From Betaproteobacteria bacterium (GTDB lineage: Bacteria > Pseudomonadota > Gammaproteobacteria > Burkholderiales > Ga0077523), in the NCBI GenBank assembly GCA_037141795.1, contig JBAXBV010000012.1:1987-65986 (forward strand): a stretch of 64,000 nt of DNA. The letters are read 5' to 3'. The notes under the pieces are model-generated. The model saw only the letters and a list, made by a program, of their open reading frames with translations, made no database searches and was not told the DNA's origin. The position numbers and the translations under genes are program-made. Shown here piece by piece: positions 1 through 11,082 of the stretch (within the stretch, counting starts at the first letter, position 1; every line of letters begins with the position of its first letter).

Positions 1-902
1 TTGGCGAAGTTCTCGAGCCTGTTGTCGGCGATGTTGGTGTGCCACGCCATGATCTGCCGGATGTGGTCCGCGCCCGCCTTGCCGATGGCGCCGGGCACGC
101 CGGTGTTGTTGGCATTGAGGGTGTAGTAGACAACCTCCAGCCCGGCGTCCTTGCCGGCCTTCACGAGCAGCGACAGGTCCGGGCCCCAGTTGCCGGTCAG
201 CACGGTGTCCGCGCCGGAGGCCTTGATCTTGGCGGCGTAGGGCGCGAAGTCCTTGACCTTGCCCAGAGGGTGGAGGTCGTCGCCGACCACGCGGATGTCG
301 GGGCGCTTGGCGGCGAGCATTTCCCGGGCGGACTTGCTGATGGCCTGGCCGAAGGCGTAGTCCTGGTTGATGAGGTAGACCTTCGGCGTGCCCTTCTGGC
401 GGGCGATGAAGTCGGTGAGGGCATTGACCCGCATGTCGGTGTGGGGCTCCCAGCGGAAGTGCCAGAAGTTGCATTTTTCATTGGTGAGGAGGGGGTCCTG
501 GGCGGAGATGTTGAGCAGCAGTACCGCCTTGTCCGGGTTGCGGCTGTTGTGCTTGCTGATGGAATCGATCAGCGCGTGGGCGATGTGGGAGCCGGAGTAG
601 ATCGACACGAAACGGATGTCCGCGTCGATGATCTGCTTGAGCAGCAGGACGCTCTCCTGGGGGCTGCTCTTGCTGTCGTAGTGCTGCAGTTCGAGGCGTG
701 TCCCGCCGAGGACGCCGCCGCGCGCGTTCAGGTCCTCCACCGCGGCCTGCAGCATGCGGCTCGCGCTCTCGCCCACCAGGGCGAACGGGCCGCTCAGGGG
801 GTCGATGTGGGCGATCCGGATGGTCTGCGCAGGCGCCGCGGGGGCGACGAAGGCGAGGGCGGCGGCAAACGCCGCGAGGGCGGTGCGGGCAAGGCGGTTC
901 AT
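1..902 (-). CDS. Branched-chain amino acid ABC transporter substrate-binding protein (LivK/PBP1 family); C-terminus cut by window edge
   Basis: Not in ORF track because it runs off the window. Manual reverse translation from ATG at 902 gives MNRLARTALAAFAAALAFVAPAAPAQTIRIAHIDPLSGPFALVGES...NEKCNFWHFRWEPHTDMR...YLINQDYAFGQA. This is a signal peptide plus Leu/Ile/Val-binding-protein-like sequence. The + ORF 39..968 is its antisense shadow. Confidence 0.8.
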   Translation of the reverse strand, partial: MNRLARTALAAFAAALAFVAPAAPAQTIRIAHIDPLSGPFALVGESASRMLQAAVEDLNARGGVLGGTRLELQHYDSKSSPQESVLLLKQIIDADIRFVSIYSGSHIAHALIDSISKHNSRNPDKAVLLLNISAQDPLLTNEKCNFWHFRWEPHTDMRVNALTDFIARQKGTPKVYLINQDYAFGQAISKSAREMLAAKRPDIRVVGDDLHPLGKVKDFAPYAAKIKASGADTVLTGNWGPDLSLLVKAGKDAGLEVVYYTLNANNTGVPGAIGKAGADHIRQIMAWHTNIADNRLENFA

Positions 903-1285
903 GGCAGGCTCCGTGGGGGCGGGCATCACCGCCCGTCGGCAGGCCCTAGGATGCCCGGTCTTGCCTGACTTGGGGAAGTGCCCCGGGTGGTTTCCGGAAA
1001 ATCCGGCTGAAGGCGGCCCGGGTGGTCAACGACCGCATCGTGCCACTCACGCAGGTCTTCCACGCGCCGCCGCTTCTCGACCTGCACAACCGCATGAAGG
1101 AGGCGCTGGTGCTGCCGGGGCGCATGGACCGGGCGGTGGTGCGTCCGCCGCGGGTGAAGCCCTGCGATGCGGAGATCACGCGCCTGCTGGAAGCGATCGC
1201 GCGGTCGGGAATCGGTCAGAGCGCACGGGGCCGGGCCGCCTGAAGACGGCCCGGACCAACGTCCCGCGGTTGCCGCCCCGGGGAA

Positions 1286-2089
1286 TCAGGCGGTTCCGAA
1301 CGCGGCCTTGACCGCCCGGCTGGCCATGACGCTGATCAGGTGCGCGCGGTATTCGGCGCTGGCATGCATGTCGGTGTTGAGGCCGGTCGCGGGCACCACG
1401 GCACGCGCCGCGGAATCCGCCGTGAAGGCCGCCTCGAGTGCCCTTTCCAGCTGGCTCGAGCGGAACACGGACGGCCCGGCCCCCGTGACCGCCACGCGCG
1501 CGCCTGCGGCGGTCTGGGCGATGAACACGCCCACCAGCGCGTAGCGCGACGCCGGGTTGGGAAACTTGGCGTAGCCGGCCCGCATGGGCTGGGGGAAGGA
1601 GACGGAGATCACCAGTTCGCCCGGTTCCAGCGCGGTTTCGTACATCCCGGTGAAGAAGTCGTCCGCGGCGATGCGCCGCTTCGTGGTGGTGATCGTCGCG
1701 CCCAGGCCGAGGACGGCAGCAGGATAGTCGGCGGCGGGGTCGTTGTTGGCGAGGGACCCGCCGAGGGTGCCCACGTTGCGGATCATGCGGTCACCGATCC
1801 CGCCGGCCAGATGGGCGAGGGCCGGGATGAGGGCAGTCACGTCCCTTGAGGCAGCCACCTCGGCGTGGGTGGTCATGGCGCCGATCACCACGTTGGCGCC
1901 GTCGAGGCAGACGCCCCGCAGTTCGGGGATGGCGCCGAGGTCGACCAGGTCGGACGGCGCCGCGAGCCGGAGCTTCATGGCGGCGAGGAGGGTCTGGCCG
2001 CCGGCGAGGAACTTGCCGTCGGCGGCGGCCCCTGCCCGGGCGATGGCGTCGGCGATGGTCGTGGCACGCTGGTACTGGAATTCGTACAT
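1286..2089 (-). CDS. FAD-binding medium subunit of a xanthine dehydrogenase/aerobic CO dehydrogenase-family molybdoenzyme (CoxM-like)
   Basis: Last 267 aa of track ORF 1286..4996(-), starting [17 protein letters not shown]. Contains FLAGGQTLL and [20 protein letters not shown]-binding motifs. The upstream part of that long ORF is antisense to the + strand large subunit. Confidence 0.85.
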   Translation of the reverse strand: MYEFQYQRATTIADAIARAGAAADGKFLAGGQTLLAAMKLRLAAPSDLVDLGAIPELRGVCLDGANVVIGAMTTHAEVAASRDVTALIPALAHLAGGIGDRMIRNVGTLGGSLANNDPAADYPAAVLGLGATITTTKRRIAADDFFTGMYETALEPGELVISVSFPQPMRAGYAKFPNPASRYALVGVFIAQTAAGARVAVTGAGPSVFRSSQLERALEAAFTADSAARAVVPATGLNTDMHASAEYRAHLISVMASRAVKAAFGTA

Positions 2090-2103
2090 GGCGGTCTCCG
2101 GGG

Positions 2104-2577
2104 TCAGGCGCGCATCGCTTTCGCGCCGGCTTCGATGGCGCTCACGATGTTGTGGTAGCCGGTGCAACGGCAGAGGTTGCCCTCGAGTTCGTCGCGGATC
2201 TGGTCCCGCGTGGGTTCGGGATGCCGCGCCAGCAGGTCGAGGGCGCTCATCACCATGCCCGGCGTGCAGTACCCGCACTGCAGGCCGTGGTGGTCCCGGA
2301 AAGCGGCCTGCATCGGGTGCAGGCTGCCGTCGGCGGGGGTGATGCCCTCGATGGTGAGGACTTCGCCGCCCTGGGCCTGCGCGGCCAGCAGGTTGCAGGA
2401 TTTCACCGCGCGGCCATTGAGGTGCACGGTGCAGGCGCCGCACTGGGCGGTGTCGCAGCCGATGTGTGCGCCGGTGAGGCGCAGTTCGTCGCGCAGCAGG
2501 TTGATGAGCAGGGTGCGCGGTTCGATGTCGGCCGAGACCGCCCGGCCATTGACGGTGAGGGAGAGCTTGACGGGCAT
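2104..2577 (-). CDS. [2Fe-2S]-binding small subunit (CoxS-like)
   Basis: Track ORF 2104..2616(-), with start moved to [11 protein letters not shown]. Cysteine motifs present: [25 protein letters not shown]. Confidence 0.9.
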   Translation of the reverse strand: MPVKLSLTVNGRAVSADIEPRTLLINLLRDELRLTGAHIGCDTAQCGACTVHLNGRAVKSCNLLAAQAQGGEVLTIEGITPADGSLHPMQAAFRDHHGLQCGYCTPGMVMSALDLLARHPEPTRDQIRDELEGNLCRCTGYHNIVSAIEAGAKAMRA

Positions 2578-2755
2578 GGGGTGACTCCGGGGCGTCGGGG
2601 AGCGGAAGTTGCGCAAGGATACTTGATAACCGGCCGCGCGCGCGTCCCCGCACAGCGCTGGTGCGGCAGTTTGTCGCGGCCCCGGAATGCTCTAGCATTG
2701 GGACTTCGGAGCCGGTGCCCGCCGGCGTGGCAGTTTTCCAGCAAGAGGTCCAAAC

Positions 2756-5059
2756 ATGGTCAAGTTCGGAATCGGACAGGCAATCACGCGCCGCGAGGAT
2801 CAGCGTCTGCTCACGGGGGCAGGTCAGTACGTCGACGACGTGGCGCTGCCCGGCGAGACCTTCATCGCCTTCGTGCGCTCGCCCCACGCCCGCGCCCGGA
2901 TCGTGTCCATCGACAGCGCGCAGGCGCTCGGGATGCCGGGGGTCCTGGCCGTCATTACCGGGGCGGACCTCGTCGCCGACGGCGTGGCCGCTTTCCCCAT
3001 CAACCCGGGCCTCAAGAATGCCGCCGGCAAGTCCATGACGGCGCCGCCCTACATGGCGCTGGCCACGGATGAGGCCCGCTACGTGGGGCAGACCGTCGCG
3101 GCGGTGGTGGCCGAGACCCGTGCGCAGGCCGAGGACGCCGCGGAACAGGTGCTGGTCGACTACGAGGAACTGCCCGCCGTGGCCACCCTCGAGGCCGCCC
3201 AGGCCGCGGACGCCCCGCAGCTCTGGGCCGATGCGCCGGGCAATGTGGCGGCGCAGACCCGCTTCGGCAACAAGGCCGCCTGCGACGAGGCGTTCGGGAA
3301 GGCGGCCCACGTCACGCGTGTGGCCTTCCTCAACCAGCGGCTGGTGCCCGTGAGCATGGAACCCCGCGGCACGCTGGCGCAGTTCGATCCGGACACGGGA
3401 CGCTACACGGTGCGCACCAGCTGCCAGAACCCGGCCGGGCTGCAGAAGACCCTGGCCGAGGGCGTTCTCAAGGTGCCGGCCGAGAAGGTGCGCGTGCTGG
3501 TGGGCGACGTGGGCGGGGGCTTCGGCATGAAGACCCAGCTCTATCCCGAGGACGCCGTGTGCGCCTGGGCGGCGAGGAAGGTGGGGCGGCCGGTGCACTG
3601 GCGCGCGTCCCGCAGCGACGAATTCCTGTCCGGCAACCACGGCCGCGACCAGTACAACGAGGGCGAACTCGCCCTCGACGCCGAGGGGCGGGTGCTGGGC
3701 CTGCGGGTGAACATCGTGGGCAACATCGGCGCCTACGCCTCGGGCCCGGGCGCCGTCATCGTGGTGGCAGTGGGGCCGAAGGTGATCACGGGCGTCTACC
3801 ACATCCCCACGCTGGATCTCCGGGGCACCGCGGTGCTCACCAACACCAACGTGGTGGGCGCCTATCGCGGGGCCGGCCGGCCGGAGGCGATCTACCTGAT
3901 CGAACGGCTCATGGACCAGGCCGCCGCCGAACTGCGGATGGACCCCGCGGAGCTGCGCCGCCGCAACCTGATCGCGCCGGAGGCGATGCCCTACACCACG
4001 CCCATGGGCGAGAAGTTCGACAGCGGCAACTTCCCCCACATGCTGAACCGCATCCTCGAGCTGGCCGACTGGTCCGGCTATGGCGCGCGCCGGGATGCGT
4101 CGAGCGCGCGGGGCATGCTGCGGGGCCGGGCGCTGTCCACGTTCCTCGAATGGACCGGCGTGGTCCACGAGGAAGCCGTGCGGATGGAAGTGCAGGCCGA
4201 CGGCAAGGTTGTTGTCTACACGGCGATGCAGGCGATGGGCCAGGGGATCGAAACCAGCTACGTGCAGATCATCGCCGAGACCCTCTCCATCGATCCCGAC
4301 CGCATCGTGGTGGTCCAGGGCGACAGCGACGTGGCCCAGGGCATCGGCAGCATGGGCAGCCGGTCGCTCTACATCGGCGGCTCGGCCATGATGACCGCGT
4401 CGAACGAAACCATCGACAAGGGCCGTTCGCTGGCCGGCGAGGCGCTCGAGGCGGACCCGGCGGACATCCAGTACCGGGACGGGCGCTTCACGGTGGCGGG
4501 CACGGACGTGGGCATCGACCTGTTCGACCTGGCCGGACGCCAGCCCGGGCAGCGCATCGCGATCTCCACGCTGCAGAAGGTGGACGGGCCGTCCTGGCCC
4601 AACAGCTGCCACGTATGCGAGGTCGAGATCGATCCGGACACCGGCGTGGTGGATATCGTGAAATACACCACGCTCGACGACGTGGGCCGGGTGATCAACC
4701 CCATGATCGTGGCCGGTCAGGTGCACGGCGGGATCGCCCAGGCGGTCGGTCAGGCGCTGCTGGAGAACACGGCCTACGATCCCGCCACCGGCCAGCTGCT
4801 GACGGGTTCGCTGCTTGACTACTGCGTGCCGCGCGCCGATGACCTGCCGGACTTCGTCCAGGCCTGCGACGAATCCACGCCCTGCCGCATCAATCCCCTG
4901 GGCGCCAAGGGCGTCGGCGAACTCGGGACCGTCGGCGGCACGCCGACCATCGTCAACGCCGTCATCGACGCGCTGCGCCCGATGGGAGTGACCCACCTCG
5001 ACATGCCGGTCACCTCCGAGCGGGTGTGGCAGGCGATGCGCCAGGCCCGGGCGGCCTGA
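2756..5059 (+). CDS. Molybdopterin-binding large subunit, form-II CoxL-like (xanthine dehydrogenase family)
   Basis: 767 aa. N-terminus [21 protein letters not shown]. Active-site loop reads [13 protein letters not shown] (AYRGAGR, not the AYxCSFR of true CO dehydrogenases). Confidence 0.9.
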   Translation: MVKFGIGQAITRREDQRLLTGAGQYVDDVALPGETFIAFVRSPHARARIVSIDSAQALGMPGVLAVITGADLVADGVAAFPINPGLKNAAGKSMTAPPYMALATDEARYVGQTVAAVVAETRAQAEDAAEQVLVDYEELPAVATLEAAQAADAPQLWADAPGNVAAQTRFGNKAACDEAFGKAAHVTRVAFLNQRLVPVSMEPRGTLAQFDPDTGRYTVRTSCQNPAGLQKTLAEGVLKVPAEKVRVLVGDVGGGFGMKTQLYPEDAVCAWAARKVGRPVHWRASRSDEFLSGNHGRDQYNEGELALDAEGRVLGLRVNIVGNIGAYASGPGAVIVVAVGPKVITGVYHIPTLDLRGTAVLTNTNVVGAYRGAGRPEAIYLIERLMDQAAAELRMDPAELRRRNLIAPEAMPYTTPMGEKFDSGNFPHMLNRILELADWSGYGARRDASSARGMLRGRALSTFLEWTGVVHEEAVRMEVQADGKVVVYTAMQAMGQGIETSYVQIIAETLSIDPDRIVVVQGDSDVAQGIGSMGSRSLYIGGSAMMTASNETIDKGRSLAGEALEADPADIQYRDGRFTVAGTDVGIDLFDLAGRQPGQRIAISTLQKVDGPSWPNSCHVCEVEIDPDTGVVDIVKYTTLDDVGRVINPMIVAGQVHGGIAQAVGQALLENTAYDPATGQLLTGSLLDYCVPRADDLPDFVQACDESTPCRINPLGAKGVGELGTVGGTPTIVNAVIDALRPMGVTHLDMPVTSERVWQAMRQARAA

Positions 5060-5099
5060 TCGGCGATTCCCGGGGCGGCGGCCCGCACGGTCGCCGCCG

Positions 5100-6203
5100 T
5101 CACGCCAGCGCCTGCAGCACTTCCCGCGCGATCGCGAGGGACGCGGTCAGGCCCGGGGATTCGATCCCGAACAGGTTCACGAGTCCGGGCACGCCGTGGC
5201 TGAGGGGGCCGTCGATGCGGAAATCCGCCGGTGGCTCGCCCTTGCCGGAGATCTTGGGGCGGATGCCCGTATAGCCGGGCTGCAGGGCGCCGTCGGCGAG
5301 GCCGGGGTAGTAGCGGCGGATGGCTTCGTAGAACAGCGGCGCCCGGGAGTGATCGAAGGCGTAGTCCACCCCGTCCACCCATTCGATGTCCGGGCCGAAG
5401 CGCACCTGTCCGCCAAGGTCGATCGTCACGTGCACCCCGAGCCAGGACCCGTGGCCCACGGGGTAGATGAGCCGCCCGAAAGGCGGTTTGCCGGACAGGG
5501 TGTAGTAGTGGGCCTTGGCGAAGTGCTGGGGCGGGATGCGGTCGGCGGGCACGCCCTGGATGGCGCGTGCCACCTGCGGGGCGAACAGCCCGGCGCTGTT
5601 GACGACCGTGCGGCACAGCACCTCCATGGGCTCGTCTCCCCCCACGCGCAGGACGATGCCGTCGCGGGTCACGGCCCCGGATTCCACGGGGCTGCGGAAC
5701 ACGCCCATCGCGCCGGCGTTCTCGGCGTCGCCGAGGTACCCCAGCATCAGCGCGTGGCTGTCGACGATGCCTGTCGACGGCGAGAACACGGCGCCCACGG
5801 CCACCACCTCGGGTTCGAGTTCATGCACCTCGGCCGTGTCCATGACCCGCAGGTCGTGCACGCCGCTGGCGGCAGCGGTGGGGATGTAGCTCATCACCGC
5901 GGGGATTTCCTCGGGGCGCGAGGCCACGATGATCTTGCCGCAGTTGGCGTGGGGGATGGCGCGCTCGCGGCAGTAGTCGTAGAGCAGTTGCTTGCCGGCC
6001 ACGCAAAGCCGCGCCTTGAGCGAACCACGGGGGTAGTAGATGCCGGCGTGGATGACCTCCGAGTTCCGGGAGCTGGTGTGCTCGCCGATGCCGGCCTCGG
6101 CCTCGAGGACAAGCACCTCGCGGCCGGCCAGTGCGAGTTCTCGTGCGATGGCGAGGCCCACCACGCCGGCGCCGATGACGGCGCAGTCGAGTCGTTCGGT
6201 CAT
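5100..6203 (-). CDS. FAD-dependent oxidoreductase, L-2-hydroxyglutarate oxidase (LhgO/YgaF)-like
   Basis: Last 367 aa of ORF 5100..7340(-), starting [24 protein letters not shown] (GxGxxG dinucleotide fold). Has a DAO-family C-terminus. Confidence 0.85.
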   Translation of the reverse strand: MTERLDCAVIGAGVVGLAIARELALAGREVLVLEAEAGIGEHTSSRNSEVIHAGIYYPRGSLKARLCVAGKQLLYDYCRERAIPHANCGKIIVASRPEEIPAVMSYIPTAAASGVHDLRVMDTAEVHELEPEVVAVGAVFSPSTGIVDSHALMLGYLGDAENAGAMGVFRSPVESGAVTRDGIVLRVGGDEPMEVLCRTVVNSAGLFAPQVARAIQGVPADRIPPQHFAKAHYYTLSGKPPFGRLIYPVGHGSWLGVHVTIDLGGQVRFGPDIEWVDGVDYAFDHSRAPLFYEAIRRYYPGLADGALQPGYTGIRPKISGKGEPPADFRIDGPLSHGVPGLVNLFGIESPGLTASLAIAREVLQALA

Positions 6204-6422
6204 GTCGTCTGCCAGAAACAAGGCCTGGGGGCGGGTGCCGCGCGGCACCTGCCGGCGCGTGGGGTCCCGAGGGACAGGTCCCATGCGGCAAGCCGAGTGT
6301 ATTACGGATCGGCGCCTGGCCGGGGGCACACGGACCTCCGGCACCGGGACGGTTCCGGGCGCCGACCGGTTATCCTTCCCGTCGGCAGCGGGGGCGGCTG
6401 TCGTCGCCGGTGCCGGCCACGG

Positions 6423-7325
6423 ATGCCCGGGCGCCCGGGACCTTCCGGCTGGCGGACACCCCCACGCGCAGCCGCCATTCACGACGGAATCACCACGATC
6501 CTGGACCGTTCCCACACCCCCTTTCTCCATCCGGCGTTCTCCCTGGCCGCCGAGGTTGCGGATCTCGCGGCCCTCGCGGCGGCCGAGGGCGTGCCAGGCC
6601 TCCAGCGCTGGCTCGACACGGCGCCGGCGCCCGTTTGCAACGCCGCCGGTGTGCCGCTGCGCCTGACGGACGCGCGCCCGACCTCCGCGGTCGCCTTCGA
6701 ACGTGCGGTGTTCGACGAGGCGGTCCTGTCCGTGCGCACCGACACCTGGCACGACCGGCTCAACCTGCTCGCGTGGCGGCTGTTTCCGCGAACCAAGGCC
6801 CGGCTCAACGCCCGCCACGCAGCCGAGGAGGTCGGCATCGGAGCGGGCAACCGCCGCACGCGCCTGCGCGACGCCCTGACCCTGTTCGACGAGGACGGCG
6901 CCGTGGTGGCCGTGGCCAGGCCGGAACTCGAGGCCCTGGTGCGGAACTTCGAGTGGAAGGCCCTGTTCGTGGCGCGCCGTCAGGCGGTGGAGGACTCGCT
7001 GCTGTGCGTGCCGGTGGGGCACGCGCTCATGGAGAAACTCCGCTCGCCCCATCTGGGGCTCACGGCGAAGGTGCTGTTCGTGCCGGTGGAGGCCGGGTTC
7101 CCTTCGGTGCCGGCTGCCGGGCGCCTGGCGCGGCTCGACGCGGCCGTGGCGGCGGCCGTGGCGGTGCTGCGCGATCCCCGGGATCTCGCGCCCCTGCCGG
7201 TTCTGGGCCTGCCCCGGTGGTGGTCCGGCGGACAGGGGGGCGACTTCTACGATAATGCAGCGTACTTCCGGTCCGGGCGCCGCGGTGCAGGCCCGGGTGA
7301 GCGCCGGTCCGCCGGCGAGAGCTGA
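6423..7325 (+). CDS. DUF3025-like hypothetical protein
   Basis: In-frame tail of ORF 5196..7325(+). [24 protein letters not shown]...LFDEDGAVV...PVLGLPRWW resembles the DUF3025 family as I recall it. The start (ATG 6423) is uncertain. Confidence 0.55.
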   Translation: MPGRPGPSGWRTPPRAAAIHDGITTILDRSHTPFLHPAFSLAAEVADLAALAAAEGVPGLQRWLDTAPAPVCNAAGVPLRLTDARPTSAVAFERAVFDEAVLSVRTDTWHDRLNLLAWRLFPRTKARLNARHAAEEVGIGAGNRRTRLRDALTLFDEDGAVVAVARPELEALVRNFEWKALFVARRQAVEDSLLCVPVGHALMEKLRSPHLGLTAKVLFVPVEAGFPSVPAAGRLARLDAAVAAAVAVLRDPRDLAPLPVLGLPRWWSGGQGGDFYDNAAYFRSGRRGAGPGERRSAGES

Positions 7326-7338
7326 AGGGGTCCCAGCC

Positions 7339-8706
7339 ATGCCTCACAGGGTGTTCGACGACATTCTCGGTGCGATCGGCGACACGCCGATGATTCGCCT
7401 CAACCGCGTCACGGCGCCGGTGAAGGCCACGGTCTACGCGAAGGTCGAGACGTTCAATCCGGGTAACAGCATCAAGGACCGCATGGCCCTGCGGATGGTG
7501 GAGGACGCCGAGAGGCAGGGGTTGCTCAGGCCCGGTGGCACGATCATCGAGGGCACGAGCGGCAACACCGGCATGGGGCTGGCCATCGCCGCCATCGTCA
7601 AGGGCTACAAGTGCATCTTCACCACCACCGACAAGCAGTCGCAGGAGAAGGTGGACGCCCTGCGGGCCTTCGGCGCCGAGGTCATCGTGTGCCCGACGGA
7701 CGTGGAGCCGGAGGACCCCCGGTCCTACTACTCCGTTTCGTCGCGGCTGGAGCGCGAGACCCCCAATGCGTGGAAGGCCAACCAGTACGACAACCCCGGC
7801 AATGCGCAGGCGCACTACGAGTCCACCGGGCCGGAGATCTGGGAGCAGACCGAGGGCCGGGTGGACCACCTGCTGGTGGGCGTGGGCACGGGCGGCACCC
7901 TGTGCGGCACGGGCCGCTACCTCAAGGAAAGGAAACCCGGGGTGAAGGTGTGGGGCATCGACACCTACGGTTCCGTCTTCAAGAAGTACAAGGAAACGGG
8001 GATCTTCGACAAGAACGAGATCTACCCCTACGTGACCGAAGGCATCGGCGAGGACTTCCTGCCGCAGAACGTGGATTTTTCGGTGGTGGATCACTTCGAG
8101 AAGGTCACCGACCGGGACGCCGCCATCTGGACTCGGGAGATCGTGAAGCAGGAGGGCATCTGGGTGGGCAACTCGGCGGGCTCCGCCATCGCCGGACTGC
8201 TCCAGCTCAGGGACCGCTTCAAGGCCGGGGAGACGGTCGTGGTCATCTTCCACGACCACGGCACGCGCTACCTCGGCAAGATGTTCAATCCCGCGTGGAT
8301 GCGGATGATGGGCTACGACACGGTGGCCGGGCCCACGGCGCGCGACCTCGTGCGCAACAAGCGGGTGGCCGGCATGGTGGCGCTGGACGCCCACGCCAGC
8401 GTCGGCGAGGCGATCCGGCTCATGGGCGAGAACGACTTCTCCCAGGTCCCCGTGATGCAGAACGGCCGGGTGGTGGGTTCGCTCAACGAGACACACGTCT
8501 ATGCGGCCATGGTGCGGGACCCGAAGATCCGCCACGAGCCGGTGAAGACCGTCATGCACAAGGCATTCCGCTACGTGGACATCGAAACCCCGGTGCCGCT
8601 GCTCGCGCCGATGATCACGCCGGAGCAGCCGGCGGTGCTGGTGAAGGATTTCCCCTCGAACGAAACCTACCTCCTGACCGGGTACGACGTGCTGGCGGCC
8701 CTGTGA
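7339..8706 (+). CDS. Cystathionine beta-synthase-like PLP enzyme with C-terminal CBS-domain pair
   Basis: Starts [22 protein letters not shown]. Has the PLP-lysine region NPGNSIKDR plus [11 protein letters not shown] and GVGTGGT. A CBS-pair-like tail of about 130 aa follows. Confidence 0.85.
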   Translation: MPHRVFDDILGAIGDTPMIRLNRVTAPVKATVYAKVETFNPGNSIKDRMALRMVEDAERQGLLRPGGTIIEGTSGNTGMGLAIAAIVKGYKCIFTTTDKQSQEKVDALRAFGAEVIVCPTDVEPEDPRSYYSVSSRLERETPNAWKANQYDNPGNAQAHYESTGPEIWEQTEGRVDHLLVGVGTGGTLCGTGRYLKERKPGVKVWGIDTYGSVFKKYKETGIFDKNEIYPYVTEGIGEDFLPQNVDFSVVDHFEKVTDRDAAIWTREIVKQEGIWVGNSAGSAIAGLLQLRDRFKAGETVVVIFHDHGTRYLGKMFNPAWMRMMGYDTVAGPTARDLVRNKRVAGMVALDAHASVGEAIRLMGENDFSQVPVMQNGRVVGSLNETHVYAAMVRDPKIRHEPVKTVMHKAFRYVDIETPVPLLAPMITPEQPAVLVKDFPSNETYLLTGYDVLAAL

Positions 8707-8767
8707 GGCGCCCCGCCCCGGCGACGACCCGGACGACGCGGCGCTCGGGGCGCGGGTTGGCGCTCTC

Positions 8768-9949
8768 GTGACCTCAGCAGCGCACTCCAGCGCGTCCCTC
8801 AGGACGCTCTTCCTCCTCGCGCTCGCCGGCTTCGTGTCGGGTGCGTCCATGCGGGTTGCAGACCCGCTCCTGCCCACGCTCGCGGGCGAGTTCGGCGCCC
8901 GGGTCCGCGACGCGGCCCTGGTCATGACGGCCTTCACGGCCGCCTACGGCATCTTCCAGGCGATCCACGGGCCACTCGGCGACCGGTTCGGCAAGCTCAG
9001 GGTGATTTCCATCGGCATGGTGTGCGCCGCCTTCGCAGCGGCCGGGTGCGCGCTGGCGCCCGGGTTACCCGCGCTGGTGGGATTCCGTTTCCTCACCGGC
9101 ATGACGGCGGGGGCCGTGATCCCGTTGTCCCTCGCCTTCATCGGCGACAAGGTGAGCTACGCCGGACGGCAGGCGCTGCTGGGGCGCTTCATTGCGGGCA
9201 CCCTGCTCGGGCAGAGCTTCGGGCCGCTCATCGGGGGTGTGCTCTCCGATACGGTGGGCTGGCGAGCCACCTTCGTGGCGCTGGCCGCGGCGTTTCTCGT
9301 GGTGGGCGCGCTCATCGAACGGGAGCGGCAGGCGCTGGATGACCGGGGCACGGGCCGCTACACCCCGCCCTGGCAGCGATACGGCGCGATGCTGCGCTCG
9401 GAACGGGCCCGACCCGTGCTGGCCACCGTGGGGGTGGAGGGCTTCCTGTTCTTCGGGGCCTTCGGCTTCGTCGGCACCTACCTCAAGCAGCGCTTCCACC
9501 TGAGCGATACCCTCGCGGGCCTGGTGGTCGCGGGCTTCGGGGTCGGCGGCCTCGCCTACAGCTTCGTGGTGGGCCGGCTCGTGCCGCGCCTGGGCGAGGC
9601 GGGGCTGGTGCTGTACGGGGGCATCTCGCTGCTCGCCTGCTTCACCCTGCTGGCGATCGCGCCGGTCGCAGCGGCTGCGGCGCCGTTCGTCGTGTGCATG
9701 GGGTTCGCCTTCTACATGCTCCACAACACCCTGCAGGTGCGTGCCACCGAAATGGCACCGGAGGCGCGGGGCGCCGCCGTCAGCTTCTTTGCGCTGTGCA
9801 TGTTCGTGGGGCAGGCCGTCGGGGTCGCGGTCTACGGCTGGGTCGGGGACCACGTGGGCTACCGGGCCGCTTTCGTGGTGACCGGCGTGGCGCTGCTGCT
9901 GCTGAGCCTGCGGTTTCGCGCACGGCTGCTGCACTTCGCCCGCCGCTGA
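8768..9949 (+). CDS. MFS transporter
   Basis: 393 aa with about 12 hydrophobic segments. GDRFGKLRV loop motif after TM2. GTG start. Confidence 0.8.
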   Translation: MTSAAHSSASLRTLFLLALAGFVSGASMRVADPLLPTLAGEFGARVRDAALVMTAFTAAYGIFQAIHGPLGDRFGKLRVISIGMVCAAFAAAGCALAPGLPALVGFRFLTGMTAGAVIPLSLAFIGDKVSYAGRQALLGRFIAGTLLGQSFGPLIGGVLSDTVGWRATFVALAAAFLVVGALIERERQALDDRGTGRYTPPWQRYGAMLRSERARPVLATVGVEGFLFFGAFGFVGTYLKQRFHLSDTLAGLVVAGFGVGGLAYSFVVGRLVPRLGEAGLVLYGGISLLACFTLLAIAPVAAAAAPFVVCMGFAFYMLHNTLQVRATEMAPEARGAAVSFFALCMFVGQAVGVAVYGWVGDHVGYRAAFVVTGVALLLLSLRFRARLLHFARR

Positions 9950-10003
9950 GGGAAACACCCGCGGCGGCGCGACGGGGACAGCGGGGAGGTGGTCCCCGGC
10001 GGA

Positions 10004-10171
10004 TCAGGCGTGGGCGGGAGCTTCCATGTCCCGGGGTCTTCGGGCAGGGTCCTGCCGGAGGGCGCCGACCCGGGCGGCGTCGGCCGCCTGTTCCCGTTGC
10101 GCCTTCTCGTCACGCTGCGCCTTTTCCTGGGCGAGCTGCGCCCAGTACAGCCACTCGAATTCGAAGCACAT
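10004..10171 (-). CDS. Small hypothetical protein (55 aa)
   Basis: Below the ORF-track size cutoff. Sequence MCFEFEWLYWAQLAQEKAQRDEKAQREQAADAARVGALRQDPARRPRDMEAPAHA. A strong SD precedes it (AAGGAGtcgatcATG). GC3-rich codons. No family recognised. Confidence 0.4.
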   Translation of the reverse strand: MCFEFEWLYWAQLAQEKAQRDEKAQREQAADAARVGALRQDPARRPRDMEAPAHA

Positions 10172-10433
10172 GATCGACTCCTTGCGTTTGCGATGCAGGG
10201 CCCCCGGGGCTCGATCCGGGAATTCATGCTACGCCCGGCGCGGTCCGGGTGACAATCACGATCGATGCTGCGGCGCAACGGCCGCTCGTGGGGCGGCGGG
10301 CGGTTCGGCGCGGGGGGCGGCCGGCGCATAATGCGGAGGCTGGACGGTGCCCGGAATCCGCGACGGGTCCGCGCCCGTGCCGCACCTTTCCTGTATCTGC
10401 CGCCGGCGGCGCCGGCCTGAGGAGTCCTGAACG

Positions 10434-10976
10434 ATGGAGATGACGGGCGAGCAGCTGATTGCCCTGCCACAGCAGGCCGTGTGGGAGGCCCTGAACGATC
10501 CCGACGTCCTGAAGCAGTGCATTCCTGGCTGCGAGAGCGTGGAACGGCAGTCGGAGTCGGAGTTCACGATGGTGATGGTGGCCGCGGTGGGCCCCGTCAA
10601 GGCGAAATTCACCGGCAAGCTCACGATCCAGGATTCGAACCCGCCCGACTCCTACGCCCTGGCGTTCGAGGGATCGGGTGGCGTCGCGGGCTTCGGCAAG
10701 GGGCGCGCCGAGGTGAGCCTGACGCAGGAATCCGACACGGTCACCATGCTGAGCTACCGGGCGAATGCCACGGTGGGCGGCAAGATCGCACAGGTGGGAT
10801 CGCGGCTGATCGATGGCGTGGCCCGCAAGCTCGCGGACGCCTTCTTCGAGCGCTTCAACCAGATCGTGGCGGCGCCCCCGGACGGGGAGGAAGAGGCGCC
10901 CGCCGAGGACGCCGCGGACAAGCCGGCGCGGCGCTGGGCCTGGTTCGGGCGGCACAAGCCGGCCCGGGCGGAGTAG
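10434..10976 (+). CDS. coxG: CoxG-like SRPBCC family protein
   Basis: 180 aa. MEMTGEQLIALPQQAVWEALNDPDVLKQCIPGCES...VGGKIAQVGSRLIDGVARKLADAFF is typical of carbon monoxide dehydrogenase subunit G family. Confidence 0.85.
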   Translation: MEMTGEQLIALPQQAVWEALNDPDVLKQCIPGCESVERQSESEFTMVMVAAVGPVKAKFTGKLTIQDSNPPDSYALAFEGSGGVAGFGKGRAEVSLTQESDTVTMLSYRANATVGGKIAQVGSRLIDGVARKLADAFFERFNQIVAAPPDGEEEAPAEDAADKPARRWAWFGRHKPARAE

Positions 10977-11082
10977 GTCTTTGCCCGACGGGTTCTCTCC
11001 CGCCGGGCGGTTCCCGTAAACTCGGGGGTTCTCGAGGGCCGGCGGCACCGGCCCCGATCACTTTCCAACGAGGGGGAACGGA

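Noticed and set aside
39-968. 309-aa + strand ORF at the window start
   Set aside because: Gly/Val/Asp/Arg-rich with no recognisable motifs. It is the antisense shadow of the LivK-type binding protein gene, which translates cleanly on the - strand.
1022-1243. 73-aa ORF (MVNDRIVPLTQVFHAPPLLDLHNRMKEALVLPG...) in the gap between the LivK-like and CoxM-like genes
   Set aside because: It could be a small gene or a remnant of a regulator's C-terminus. However, it has no SD and no recognisable family, and the frame is open upstream without a start. Evidence is insufficient to call it.
2090-4996. Upstream ~970 codons of the 1236-aa - strand ORF 1286..4996
   Set aside because: Arg/Pro/His-rich nonsense, antisense to the well-supported molybdoenzyme large subunit. 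Only the last 267 codons (CoxM-like) are real.
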